A stretch of DNA of 33,361 bases from Amoebophrya sp. A120 (lineage: Eukaryota > Protista > Dinoflagellata): NCBI GenBank assembly GCA_905178155.1, contig CAJINV010000026.1, forward strand, positions 168,883 through 202,243, in the 5' to 3' direction. Numbering within the stretch: position 1 is the first letter of the stretch; each line of letters opens with the position of its first letter. Below are positions 1 through 10,777 of this stretch, in pieces. Made by a program: the position numbers and the translations under genes. The notes under the pieces are model-generated. The model made no database searches and had not been told where the DNA came from. It was given only the letters and a program-made list of their open reading frames with translations.

Positions 1-3000
1 CCCCTCTGAATCCTCCCGTCGCCGCTCCGCCTACTCCGTACTGCAGGAGCGCGGGTGCTTTCGTCTTGTTCCCCGGATTATCAGATGGAAAAATGTCTGG
101 GTCTGGAAACTTGGAACTTGTGATGCTAACTTTGGACTCTTAGAGTCCAAAGTTAGCATCACAAGTTCCAAATTCTAGATTCTAGAAAAATTTGTATTGC
201 ATGACCAGCAAGAGGAGTCAAGTTTCTGCTACGCGGGGAGGCCATTTGTCATGCGGAATAGGCATCAATAAGCACTCGGAAAATCTGTGATGCCAGGGAA
301 TACATCACAGACGTCACGGGCCATGTAAAATCTGCATGACAAGTTCGGATCCTTCCAGACCCAGACATTTTTGCATTTGATACGGATGACATCATGATGA
401 ACTGGTGTTGTCCACCTCTCGTTCCGCATCTCGTCTTCTAATGCAAGTCTTGCATTACAAATCTTTCTTTTAAGGTAAATCCGCATTACAAATTTTATCT
501 CTCATGCTGAGGAAGTTTGTGATGCATTTATACGAGTACGATACTTTTGCAGTTCATAACTCTCGTTCCGCCAGCACTCCTATCCTGTGCAAAAGTATCG
601 TATTCGTATAAATGCAAGTCTTGCATTACAAATCTTTCTTTTAAGGTAAATCCGCATTACAAATTTTATCTCTCATGCTGAGGAAGTTTGTGATGCATTT
701 ATACGAGTACGATACTTTTGCAGTTCATAACTCCTGAGGTTGTAACTGCTGCTGTTTGGGGCGCCGCTGCTCTCCGCAACATTCATACTACTCCCCCGAC
801 CAACATCAGCCCCTGCGCGCGGCCCGAACGAATTTGTCCTGATCATGGCCTCCCGCACACTCCGATCTAACCAGGGATTCTGATCGTGAAACCGTTTGCG
901 TAGGCCCATCATCGAGCTCGTGGTGCTCCCAACGGTTTTTGTCGCGGACAACCTCTGCGAAGTAGAAGATTCCGGTGGACTACTGGTCGCGATCGAAGAG
1001 GGTCGTGCAGCTGGGCGAGTGTAAGAACTATGTGCTGGGAACAAAGGCGCGGCTGCTCCGGGCGGGGTGAGGAAAGAAGATGCAGGGTTGTTGACAGAAT
1101 TTGGCGGAAGATGGCCATGGCTAACATCTGCCTCCTCTTCTACATGGGTTTGTTCCTCATGCTCAACATCTTCGAACGCGATCCGACTCAACCTCCCCGC
1201 CGTGCTGTTCCGCAGAAACGCGGCGCCACCCGCGGTTTTGTACGCGGGGTTGGTTTATCAAATGCAAATGTGTCTGGATCTGGAAACTTGCGATGCTAAA
1301 ATGTGGATAATGGAAACACTTCCGAATGCAGTCCAGCATGACCACAACTATCCAGGACGCTTTCTCATAGGCAGTCCGCATGAGAACCTGCGTTCTTCTT
1401 GCTGCATGACAAAAATGGCTGCGACTTTTGCTTGTTATGCAATGCAGATATCCCAGGAATGTAAAGCTAGCATTACAAGTTCCAACTTTCCAGACCCAGG
1501 CTAGATATTTGCATTTGGTATGGTTTTGTACAGCAAAACCTGCCCGACGGGAAGCTCGTCCGGGGGCAGGTTGATCAGCTCTATCAGAAGGAAAAATCTC
1601 CCCACCCCATATCGAGACGAAGTTTCTCATGCTGGATTTCCGTACACAAATGCGCGCTGTCTTGCGATACCTACGGCATCGCAGCCGGATCCTCAGCCTA
1701 GGGCGGGGCGTTTGGGTCTAGTTGCTTAGCATTGCAAATGGCTGTCCTCGAGGCCCAACAGCATGGCAAATCGCTTCCATATGGGCGGGGAAGGCTTTGC
1801 ACTTGTCTTCATGCAAGACAGACGTGATTTGTGGCCTCAAATCAGCAAGACAAATTTTCGGAAACATGCCTTTTCAATATGGGGAGGGGAGATTTTTCCT
1901 GTCAATAAGCTCTTCAAAATCTTCGTTTTCCCCCCTGGATTTCAACACTTCCCGCCTCGTCCCCTGGACGTATGGATTGCAAATATGTCTGGGTCTAGAA
2001 GAGTGGAACTTGTAATGCTGTCTGCGAATTCTAAAAATATTTGTGTTGCATGAGCAGCAGGACGAGTCAGTTCTTGGCACGCGGAGAGAGCATAATTTCT
2101 CATGCGTAATTAGCATCAAGAAGCTTTCACAAAATCTGTGATGCTAGCACCAGCATCACAGACCTCACGGGTGGTCATGCAAAATGTGCATGACAAACCC
2201 CGACTTTTCCAGACCCAGACATTTTTGCAGTTGATAGGACGCCCCGTAGGTGTTTTTCCAAAAATTTTTCGTAGGTCCGCCAGCTGTAGTCGAATTTGCT
2301 GGTTAAAGAACAGTATCGAACGCAAAAATGTCGGGGTCTGGAAGGTTGCCAGGTTTGTCAAGCATATTTTGCATGACTCAGAATGTCTGTAATGCATGAT
2401 CTAGCATCACATATTTTTAGAGGCCTTCCCGATGCCTATCCCGCATGACAAATGCCCTCCCCGCGTAGCACAAACTGGGCTCCTCTTGCTGGTCATGCAA
2501 TACAGATTTTTTCAGAGTCCAAAGTTAGCATCACAAGTTCCAACCCTCCAGACCCAGACACATTTGCATTTGATAAACAGTGGGGGTATTCAAAATCAAC
2601 CATCAAGTCTGTCCAGGATTTCACCAACCCGGATAACAGCAAGCAGAGAACAAACAGCACGAAGAGAAACAGAAAAAGCGAAATCCACGGCATGTTTCCC
2701 CTATGCACTGCAAAAGTATCGCACTCGTATAAATGCATGACAAATTTCCGCAGCATGAGAAATAAAATTTGTCATGCGGATTTACCTTGAGAAAAAAATT
2801 TGTAATGCATGATTGCAATTACTACGAGTACGATGCTTTTGCATTGCATATCCCCACAACAGGTAGTCGTTCAACCCCAGCGGTCGGTACCAATATCAAA
2901 TGCAAAAGTGTCTGGGTCTGGGAAGATTGAACCTGTCTTGCGTGTCTGGCATTGCGGAAAAATCTGTATTGCATGAGCGGCAAAAGCAAAAAAAGCTCCG

Positions 3001-6000
3001 AACTTTCGTCGTGCAAAGTCGCAGCTTGTAATGCGTGCTACCAATGAGTAGAAAGCGTTTGAAAAATTTGTCATGCTTCACTGCACTTAAAGGCAAACCC
3101 AATCATGACCACTCAGCATTACAAGTTTCCAGACCCAGGCATATTTGCGTTTGATAACCAAACCCCGATCGCGATAAAGGCCGCTTCCCACGCGCCGATT
3201 TTCACAATCGCGATTTCCGCCCGCATATGAATTGCAAAAGTATCGCACTCGTATAAAAAATGCATTACAAATTTTTCCTCAGCATGAGAAATAATGAATT
3301 TGTAATGCTGATTTACCTATACGAAAAAAATTTGTAATGCATGATTGCAATACGAATACGATACTTTTGCACAGGATACCGCAGCCCCCGGTAGTAGCTG
3401 CTGTTTCCGACCAAGACGTGGCGGAATTTCAGCATCATTGACGCGCAGCACCAGATGTAGCAGATCAAAGCGAATAACCGGAGAAAGAGGGTAAGTATCC
3501 TGAGTAAAAACGTCCCCACACCATAGTCAACATGGAAAATCTGCTAGACAAATCAGCCAACTTTGGTTGTTTCGCATGACAAGTTTGTCCCCGTAGTGTA
3601 GTCCTGTTTAGCTAGTTCAGAAGCTGCATCACAGATCTGGCATATGATGCTATTTCTAGCATCACAAATCCCAAAACACGACCAGAAACTGCTTCTCATG
3701 GGTCTCCGCATCATCATCATCATGTAGTGGACACCCGCTCCCAGCGCCACAGGTCAAGGATCCCCTCCCCGGGGGGTGGGCGAGGAAGCACTTTCGGCGA
3801 CCTCAACATACAAAAGCCGAGCGCTACCACGGCAAGTCGCCCCAATAAAAGTACCAACCAGTCGGGAGCTACCCACCACACCTGATCAGCACAGCCCGGC
3901 CAGCTAGCCGAGCCCGACAGCCCAACATACAGAACGATCCAGGACCCGACCCATTTTACGCCATACGTTTTTGTTCTCACGGAAGAGACGACGCACCCCT
4001 TTGGGTTAAGGGGCGAGACTCTCCCTTAAGCCGCAACCCCACCCGGACAGGGGAGGCTGGACCATTTTTTTCAGCATGCAGATTTGCATGACAACTCTGG
4101 GGTGGGGATGTTTTTACACAGGATAGTAAGCGTCCAAAAGTTATCCCCGTTTTTGTTCGGTAGGAAGGGGGCGCACTTGATGAAATTATTGAAGCCGGAA
4201 TTGTACCAAAATTTGCCATCGTTGGTCAAGTTGTCGCAGTATTTGATCGGGTTGTAGTGGGCAAAGCTCGGTGGGATGCCCTGGGTTATCAAGGGAATGT
4301 TCGGTCCGGCCTGGTTTGGCTTCACCTTATCTTCTCCGATCACCACCGTGCCCGACGATCGGACGTACACATCGAAGCTCGCTCTTTGCACCAGCATCTG
4401 CCGCTCGAAGACCCATTCGAAAATGCCTTGATTCCAGTATTGTGACGAATAATCCCCCCCCCGTATCGGACAGCGGACTTGTGATGCTGGATTTGCGTAC
4501 GCATATGCGTTTGTATTGCTAGAAGGGCAAGAGACGCAGCTGTGGCCTTGTTTGCAGGCAATTTGTCATGCTGCTTTCCACTGCCAGTCTCCTCTAGTCA
4601 TGCTGAAGATGCAAGGCCTCTCCACGCCAGCCAGCACTACAGTGTCTACGTCTTTTGCATTCTAGCATGACAAAAGGATTTGCGGTCACAAATCAGCATC
4701 ACAAATTTCCAGTTTGAGTGTGGGGTGGGCAGATTTTTCATTTTGATATCCACCCGATCTCGCATCGCGCCCATAGGTCGAAAATGAAGCAGTATCAAAT
4801 GTAAAGATGTCTGGGTCTGGAAACTTGTGATGCTCTGTGGCGTATCATGAGGAAGCCACAATTGCTGGCTCAGCATGACAAGTTTCTGAGCTCCTAGGTG
4901 TTGCCTATTCTGCATGACAGACTGCGCTTCCGCATCACAGAAAAACGGAGCTCTTGGGTAACGCGCATGACAGATTTAAGAGTCATGCCAGACAAGCATG
5001 ACAGACATGAATTCTTCCAGACCCAGACATTTTTACACTTGATAAGCAGAGAAAGGAAACGACTCCGTTAAACCCGGCTATCCCAGTATGGTGAGCAAAA
5101 ACGTCCCCATCCCAGAGTCAAGATGGGAAATCTGCTACACAAATCGCCCGGCTCTGGCTGTTGCGCATGACAAATTTGGGCTCGCATTGTAGTCGTGCTT
5201 AGCTAGTGCAGCAGCATCACAGATGTAGCATACCATGCGGATTTGAGCATCACAAATATCAGAACACCAATAGAAACTGCTTCTCATGGGTTTCCGCATG
5301 AGAAAGAGAAACATATTCAGCATGCAGATTTGCATTACAACTCTGGGGTGGGGACGTTTTTACAAATGATACCCAGCAGCCCACCCGTGCCACGCGTCGG
5401 AAGTGAGAAAGGAAACGTTGCGGTTTCTTATGGAGGCGTCAGGATCAAAATCGACAAAGTTGAAATAAATAATTTGTGTTGCAAAAAACGGATACCAGTT
5501 GGCGCCCGGTTTTCAAGTGGCGCATGACAAATTGGGGTAGGACCGAGTTTCAGTTTGTCGTGCTGTTTGGGAAAGGAAGACGCTTCTTGTCATGCTACTT
5601 ACTTTATTAGCAGCTATATTTCTACCAGTCCACAGGCTTACAATCTGCCTCACTTGCCTACTCTGCAAGACAGGCACCTTGTGGGTTGCATTCTATGCAT
5701 CACAAGTTTTTCAACTTTCTCAATTTCGGTCCTGACACTCTCATATTTCTCAGGAGTAATTTTACCTCGTCGTCCGTAATGTCGTTCGGTAAATCGTAGG
5801 CCCAGTAATCCTTCCGCTTCTGTCTGGGGATAAACACGGAGAACATCAACCCTCCAACGAGCAAAAACACCCGGAGAATGTCGAAAGTGTATCGGAGAAA
5901 CGTCACAATTGGGTTAAACACTGCCGGCTGGTTCTGGCCGCACGCGTCGTCCTGCGCTGCTTGTCCCGCAGCGGCTCCGGCACCGGTGTCATCCGGCCCG

Positions 6001-7375
6001 TTCCCGGCCTCCTGGCAGGGGGCGGAGACCAAAGTGAGTTATCGCAAGAAAAAACTGTTTCACTGTGAACTTGTGATGCATAGAATGGAACACAGAACTA
6101 TTTGTCTTGCTACACCTGCAAGGCATTGGATTTTTAAGCATGTTTTCTCTTGGAAAGCGCGCATGGCAAATTTTCTGTGTCATCTGTAGCAAACTTGTGA
6201 CGCGGATCTTGCAAAACCATCACAGTGAAACAGATTTTTCGTGGGATATGAGTAGGTACGGCGGTAAAAAGTGCATCTCGAAGAAACTTACCTGCATGAA
6301 GAGCAAGCAGGCGACCAGCCAGGTACCCTTGAACACGCTAGACGGGGTTTCCTCTAGATCCGCCATCATCTCACTCATGTGCACTTCGCCGTAGGAAAGA
6401 ATGTTGTGGATGCAGATGGCTTTTTCTTCGTTGAGAAGCGCCTGCTCCTGCTTCAGAGCGTGTTCTAACTTCCTCCCCCTTTCCGTCTGCTGAAATTCTT
6501 GGTTTTGGAAAATGATTGGCAAATCCGTACCGGGGGTAGACTCGCCGGAAGAGGAGTGATCATCCGCAACCTCGTCGATCTGTTCAAGAAGAACGCGCGT
6601 TGACGTGTCGTTATGGAGCAGCCTCTCATGTTCATCTGGTGGTGGCAGCAAGCTGCTTGCTCCGTTTGTTCGATAGGCACCATTTGCCATGATTATACCA
6701 CTGTCCGGTAGATTGAGGTTAGCATCGTGGTCGAGTTGGGCGCTGTTGGTCGTGGGAAAATAGAGCTCGTCGTTGTCAAACAAGTGATTGTCTTCTCCAG
6801 CGGCAGCGACGGGACGAGGAGGTCCGAAGCCGCGTCCCCCGTTAGCATCCGCAGCCGCATTCATCGTCCGGGCTGCAACCCTGCGGCTGAAGAGCCCTAG
6901 GATTTTTTTCTGTTCCGTTTCCTTTTTGAGCTTGTAAATTTTCTCCTTCAATTTTTGGTCCCGTTCCCTCAAGTCGAAGTACCCGAAGGCGCGCATCAAA
7001 ATTCGACATTTTAGCGTTCCCCGCAAACTCTGGATTGTGAAAATGTCTGGGTCTGGAAGAATGCAAGTTTGTCATGCTTGTCTGGCATGGCTCGAGAATC
7101 TGTGTTGCATAGGCGCGAAAAGGCCCTCTTGCCTGTCATGCAAAACCGCAGTTTGCCATGCGGAATACGTAAAACATGGCAGCCAAAAAATTTGTCATGC
7201 ATAGGTGCGTATTGCAGTGCGTCTACCATTCACTTTTAGCATTACAAGTTTCCAGACCCAGACATTTTTGCAATCCATACCAACTCCGCAACGCACCCCG
7301 CATGCCGTAGAGTAGTAATGCTATGCCGACCAAAAGGGTGAACGAATTTCCAAAATTACGGAGAAAGTCCGTCAT
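1..7375 (-). CDS. Multi-pass membrane protein of unknown function, >=919 aa, 3' end beyond the window; split by 16 TIR/TSD elements and one duplication-derived intron
   Basis: First in-frame ATG at 7375 after TAA at 7478-7480 (MTDFLRNFGNSFTLLVGIALLLYGMRGALRS). Manual removal of each element plus one TSD gives one open frame. Example junctions: PYLL|TLVSAPC, KLLLR|NRNVSFLTSDAWHGWAAG|IAGFNGVVSFLC|FIFDLWARCEIGW|NQGIFEW, NFWTL|TLFLRLF, RGLR|AEIAIVKIGAWEAAFIAIGVW|YRPLGLNDYLLWG|NMPWISLFLF, EYPHC|SLTSKFDY, FEEL|INLPPDELPVGQVLLYKT|NPAYK, YNLRS|AGGTR|GGQHQFIMMSS|GEQDESTR. Spliced length is 2759 nt, with several hydrophobic segments. Confidence 0.88.
79..382. mobile_element. TIR introner, family A
   Basis: TATCAGATGGAAAAATGTCTGGGTCTGGAA...TTCCAGACCCAGACATTTTTGCATTTGATA; TSD CGGAT at 74-78 and 383-387. 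Confidence 0.93.
428..571. other. Intron-like segment made by local duplication of a family B element
   Basis: About 440-559 copies about 611-730. It is bounded by the 12-bp direct repeat CTCTCGTTCCGC (416-427, 560-571), and removing 144 nt restores the frame. Confidence 0.6.
581..729. mobile_element. TIR introner, family B
   Basis: TATCCTGTGCAAAAGTATCG...CGATACTTTTGCAGTTCATA; TSD ACTCC. Confidence 0.92.
1256..1520. mobile_element. TIR introner, family A
   Basis: Family A TIRs (right end GGTA); TSD TGGTT. Confidence 0.92.
1582..1907. mobile_element. TIR introner, family C
   Basis: TATCAGAAGGAAAAATCTCCCC...GGGGAGATTTTTCCTGTCAATA; TSD AGCTC. Confidence 0.92.
1971..2236. mobile_element. TIR introner, family A
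   Basis: Family A TIRs; TSD GGACG; reverse-complement sister of 23170-23428. Confidence 0.93.
2314..2575. mobile_element. TIR introner, family A
   Basis: Family A TIRs; TSD AACAG; opposite orientation to sister 79-382. Confidence 0.93.
2702..2850. mobile_element. TIR introner, family B
   Basis: TATGCACTGCAAAAGTATCG...CGATGCTTTTGCATTGCATA; TSD TCCCC. Confidence 0.92.
2894..3156. mobile_element. TIR introner, family A
   Basis: Family A TIRs; TSD ACCAA. Confidence 0.92.
3226..3378. mobile_element. TIR introner, family B
   Basis: TATGAATTGCAAAAGTATCG...GATACTTTTGCACAGGATA; TSD CCGCA. Confidence 0.92.
3496..4125. mobile_element. TIR introner, family D, with a nested insertion of about 350 bp
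   Basis: TATCCTGAGTAAAAACGTCCCCAC...GTGGGGATGTTTTTACACAGGATA; TSD GTAAG; extra sequence at about 3712-4063 relative to 5087-5371. Confidence 0.9.
4438..4748. mobile_element. TIR introner, family C (degenerate left TIR)
   Basis: Internal similarity to 9484-9794; TAT...ATA ends; TSD TCCAG/TCCAC. Confidence 0.85.
4793..5044. mobile_element. TIR introner, family A
   Basis: Family A TIRs; TSD AGCAG. Confidence 0.92.
5087..5371. mobile_element. TIR introner, family D
   Basis: TATGGTGAGCAAAAACGTCCCCA...TGGGGACGTTTTTACAAATGATA; TSD CCCAG. Confidence 0.92.
5429..5745. mobile_element. TIR introner, family E
   Basis: TATGGAGGCGTCAGGATCAAAATCGACAAAGTTGAAA...TTTCAACTTTCTCAATTTCGGTCCTGACACTCTCATA; TSD TTTCT. 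Confidence 0.9.
6040..6248. mobile_element. TIR introner, family F
   Basis: TATCGCAAGAAAAAACTGTTTCACTGTG...CACAGTGAAACAGATTTTTCGTGGGATA; TSD TGAGT. Confidence 0.92.
7029..7279. mobile_element. TIR introner, family A (left end TCT)
   Basis: Family A TIRs; TSD CAAAC/CCAAC. Confidence 0.85.
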
Positions 7376-7459
7376 TTTCGTAGTGTATCTATTTCTATTT
7401 TTATTTTGGCGAGTTAAAAATAAAAACGACTTGACGGGTTGTACTTGTTGTAAGGGTCG

Positions 7460-8085
7460 TTCCGCTAGATGTAGTACTTACTTTTTACCGAGAGGAAAAC
7501 AAAAGCGCCAAACGGCAGAAGTAGACGAAGGTGAAAGAGTATAAAAAAGATAACTTTGGTGTATTTCGTAAGCTCAACATCCGTAGCCGTAGAGCGGCAT
7601 GTTGTAGGCGGGTAAAGAAAATGCTATATCCTGCAACTGCTGAGGTCAGCACAACTTCCTTTTTATTGCTTTTGAGCGCCGAGGAATGTTATTCACGGTG
7701 ACTCTATTGAATCCACTTGTCGTTCTCTATTTCCATCAAATCCGCACAGGAATTACAATTTCCTGACCGACATATCCTCTTGAGCAGGCGCAGACAGACG
7801 TTTTATCTTCTTCTTGCACGAGCCATTGCCATGGAGGTTCGCAATACAAGGTCTACTGACAGAGGGATGATCCTTCTTCAGGGCAGCAAACCGAATTCGA
7901 TGTCGTGTCGAGGAAAAAAGTTTTCCAACTACTTCTAAGTACTCTAAGAATAAGCACATCAAACAACGACAGATCATGTTCTTGCACGGATGTTGTGTTT
8001 TATCGTGCTGTCGTGCCTATCAATCATTGAGACGTCGTGTTCAGTAGCACAACACCTTCTTCTTCTTCAACCGATCATACCGATT
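7460..8085. repeat. Degenerate dispersed repeat, copy 1
   Basis: Colinear similarity to about 12497-13100, for example the shared GCGCAGACAGACGTTTTATCTTCTTCTTGCAC and CGCAATACAAGGTCTACTGACAGAGGGAT. Confidence 0.8.
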
Positions 8086-8583
8086 TTCAGTGTTGTTCAC
8101 AGGATGTTCACACCTATCTTCATCGGTCAAGATCTTGTTTTTCTTCTTGGTCGTTGCTACTCGGTTTCGCTTTTTTCTGTATCGTGTACATCGTACTACT
8201 ATCGTAGAGTCGCATGATGAAGTCCTTTTTTGGGGAATGTTTTTTTTACTTGTGTCTACCCGTTTTTTTGCCAATCGGCCAGTAGGTTTTAGTTCCGAGA
8301 TTCACACTTAGATAGACCCTGGAACATGTGAAACACACTACAACCTGTACAATGATGTTGTGAGCCGTTGGCTCAAGATTGAGCAAAACAATCAGGAAGA
8401 AGTTTTTTGTCACCCCCGGGCATACGCAATACAAACGTGTTCAAGTGGCAAGATCTACCGATCAACAGAGTTATGAGCCTCCGTATACAGTAAGCCACTT
8501 CTTGCATGCACCCCAAGAACACGAGTAAATCTTACGACATCTTTTCCCAGCAGAATAAGACACTATATGCATCAAAAGTAAAG

Positions 8584-8905
8584 ATGGTGCCACCTGAGAA
8601 TTCTCGTGCCCCGCAGAACAAGATTGGCGGCCTAGCCACCATAAACGCGGCGAAGTACGTGTACCTGGCCGGTTCCAAGGACCAGGTTTGGCAGATCTTC
8701 ACCCGCAAGGCCGGCGCCAGTGCGGTGAACGATCAGAACAAGCACCAGTTCTTGAAGGTCAACGAAGAATACTACTTCTTGAAGCTTGTCGCCAGGGTGG
8801 CGAACAACATCCGGGCCACCGAGGGGAACGTAGACCCGAACGAACTGAGCAAGGAGAATTTGAAGGAGCTGAAGCAGCAGGCGTTCGACCTGCTTGAAAA
8901 CAACG
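8584..8905 (+). pseudogene. Intronless coding-like gene fragment (MVPPENSRAPQNKIGG...QQAFDLLENN)
   Basis: GC3-rich codons for about 107 codons, then runs into a repeat fragment; no homology recognised. Confidence 0.4.
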
Positions 8906-9045
8906 TGTTCAGTAGCACAACACCTTCTTCTTCTTCAACCGATCATACCGATCTTCGAAAACATGTCCATTTCATCTTGTTCACGATTGTGGTTTCTGTC
9001 ACTGTTTCTGATTTGGATTCTACGTACATCACAACTTTAGTGCGG
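8903..9045. repeat. Fragment of the same dispersed repeat
   Basis: CGTGTTCAGTAGCACAACACCTTCTTCTTCTTCAACCGATCATACCGAT is shared with about 8036-8084; similar to about 13046-13210. Confidence 0.75.
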
Positions 9046-10563
9046 CGTTCTCCCTTGTTTCCACCCCCGACCAGCGGAACCCCAGCCACTTGCGTGCCGA
9101 AAGCCACAAACACCAGCGTCTTCGGAGGTTTCGCCACCACTACTTGCCCCGCACCCGCCGCGGCGCCCGAGGTGGTGGGCCCGGCTCCTGCGCCGGCAAC
9201 TGCCAGCGCTTCGAGCTCCGCGACTTGGGGCGCCACGTCAGTTGCAGCTTCCGGTTCTCCGGCAGGCGGAGCACCGCTGTTCAGCCAGAACACCCGCTTC
9301 GCAAACGCCGGATCGTCACCGGCGAACAGCGAGTGCACCGGCTCGCCGGCTGTCCCTGCGACGAGTCTTTCGTACCCACCTCCCGCCAGCGCCGCGTTGT
9401 CGCGCGGAAACCAGGGCAGCGCGGAGCAGATCCGATCGACCGGAAACCAGTCCGGGAAGGGGCAGGAAACCTCTTCTCCCTCGTATCAAACGGAAAAATC
9501 CCCCCTCCCCATATCGAAATGGAAATCTGTGATGCAGGATTTGAGGCACCAAGTCGACTTGTCATGCTAGAAGGCCAAGAGCCGCAGTCGTGGTCTCGTT
9601 TGCAGGCAATTTGTCATGCTGTTTCCCACTCTCAGCTGCCTCCTGTCATGCTGAAGATGCAAGGCTCCCCCACGCCACCCAGCACTACAGTCCGCATATT
9701 TTCCCGCGTAGCATGACAAAGCTGATTTGTGACAACAAATCTGCATCACAGATTTCCGTTTTGATATGGGGAGGGGGGATTTTTTCTTTTGATACCTCGC
9801 TCGGGCAGCCGGGCAGACTGAGCACGCTCCGGACGATGGCGGCGACGTCCCCGCCTCCCGGGAGATAGGGACCGGTCGGCGCGGCGAATATTATCTTGTG
9901 CATGTCGGCTACGGCAGCTGCGTCGGCCGTTGCAGCTGAGCCCATCCAGGGGGACATCATCGCCGCGACATACGGATTGCCCGCCCACCCAAACAGCTTG
10001 CCGCCCGCCGGAAAGACGCCGGGGTCCTCCAGAAACTCGGCTAGGAGGCCAAGAAAAGCGCCCCCCGGGTAGTGGACGTCCAACACGATATGGATGGGGC
10101 GTCGCGCCTCGTCCCGCGGACTCTTTTCGTCCAACGGCACGCCCCAGGCGGCGAGCAGCTGCTGCGCGATCCCACGTCGCTCTTCTTTCAACGGGACTAC
10201 GGCGCGGAAGGCGGAAAAGAACTTCCAAAGCGCGGGCTGCGACACCTCCACGTACCTAGCGACCACCTCTCCGAGAGGCGTTGCGCCGTCGGCCGCTGCT
10301 ACGAAGGGAGCTTTGTCACCAAGGGTTAGCAACTCCATCAGCATTGCCCCGAATGGCGACTCCGACGGCAGACCGAGCCCGAGGGGCTTGGGCTCGAACA
10401 ACGTGGCGATACTGTTGAAATTTTGGAGGATCGTCGCATCGTCGTTGTACCCATGAAAGGCACGCAGCGCGTCCTTAACGGGAGCCATCTGATTCAGCTC
10501 CGTCCCGAACGTCTCCACGAAAACCAGCTTCGGGCGCAGCGGCCTTGGAGTAGAAACGCGAGC
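8943..10563 (-). pseudogene. Gene or gene fragment, Ala/Gly/Pro-rich, with one introner; probably truncated at both ends
   Basis: ORF 9685-10518 joins ORF 8943-9338 in frame after removing 9484-9794 plus one TSD (LPGCPSE|GEEVSCPFPDWFPVDRICSALPWFPRDNAALAGGGYERLVAGTAGEPVHSLF). An upstream TAG lies at 10564-10566, and the 3' end runs into the repeat fragment. Confidence 0.65.
9484..9794. mobile_element. TIR introner, family C
   Basis: TATCAAACGGAAAAATCCCCCCTCCCCATATC...GATATGGGGAGGGGGGATTTTTTCTTTTGATA; TSD CCTCG. Confidence 0.93.
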
Positions 10564-10624
10564 CTAGAAATTTGATTGCGAATGGAGTCTTCACATGAAA
10601 AAAGAAACATAATCTTAGCCGCAA

Positions 10625-10777
10625 ACTACTACTACTCCTACTACTCCTACTACTCCTACTACTCCTACTACTACTCCTACTACTCCTACTACTCCTACTA
10701 CTCCTACTACTCCTACTACTCCTACTACTCCTACTACTCCTACTACTCCTACTACTCCTACTACTACCACTACTACT
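10625..10777. repeat. (TACTACTCC)n microsatellite
   Basis: About 16 near-perfect 9-bp units. Confidence 0.97.

Noticed and set aside
7580-7588. TCCGTAGCC as a spliced-leader 5' relic
   Set aside because: Only 9 bp, inside a degenerate repeat, and the sister copy differs
8506-9570. 354-aa plus-strand ORF as one real gene
   Set aside because: It is a chimera of a coding fragment, a repeat fragment, the antisense of the minus-strand gene fragment and part of an element
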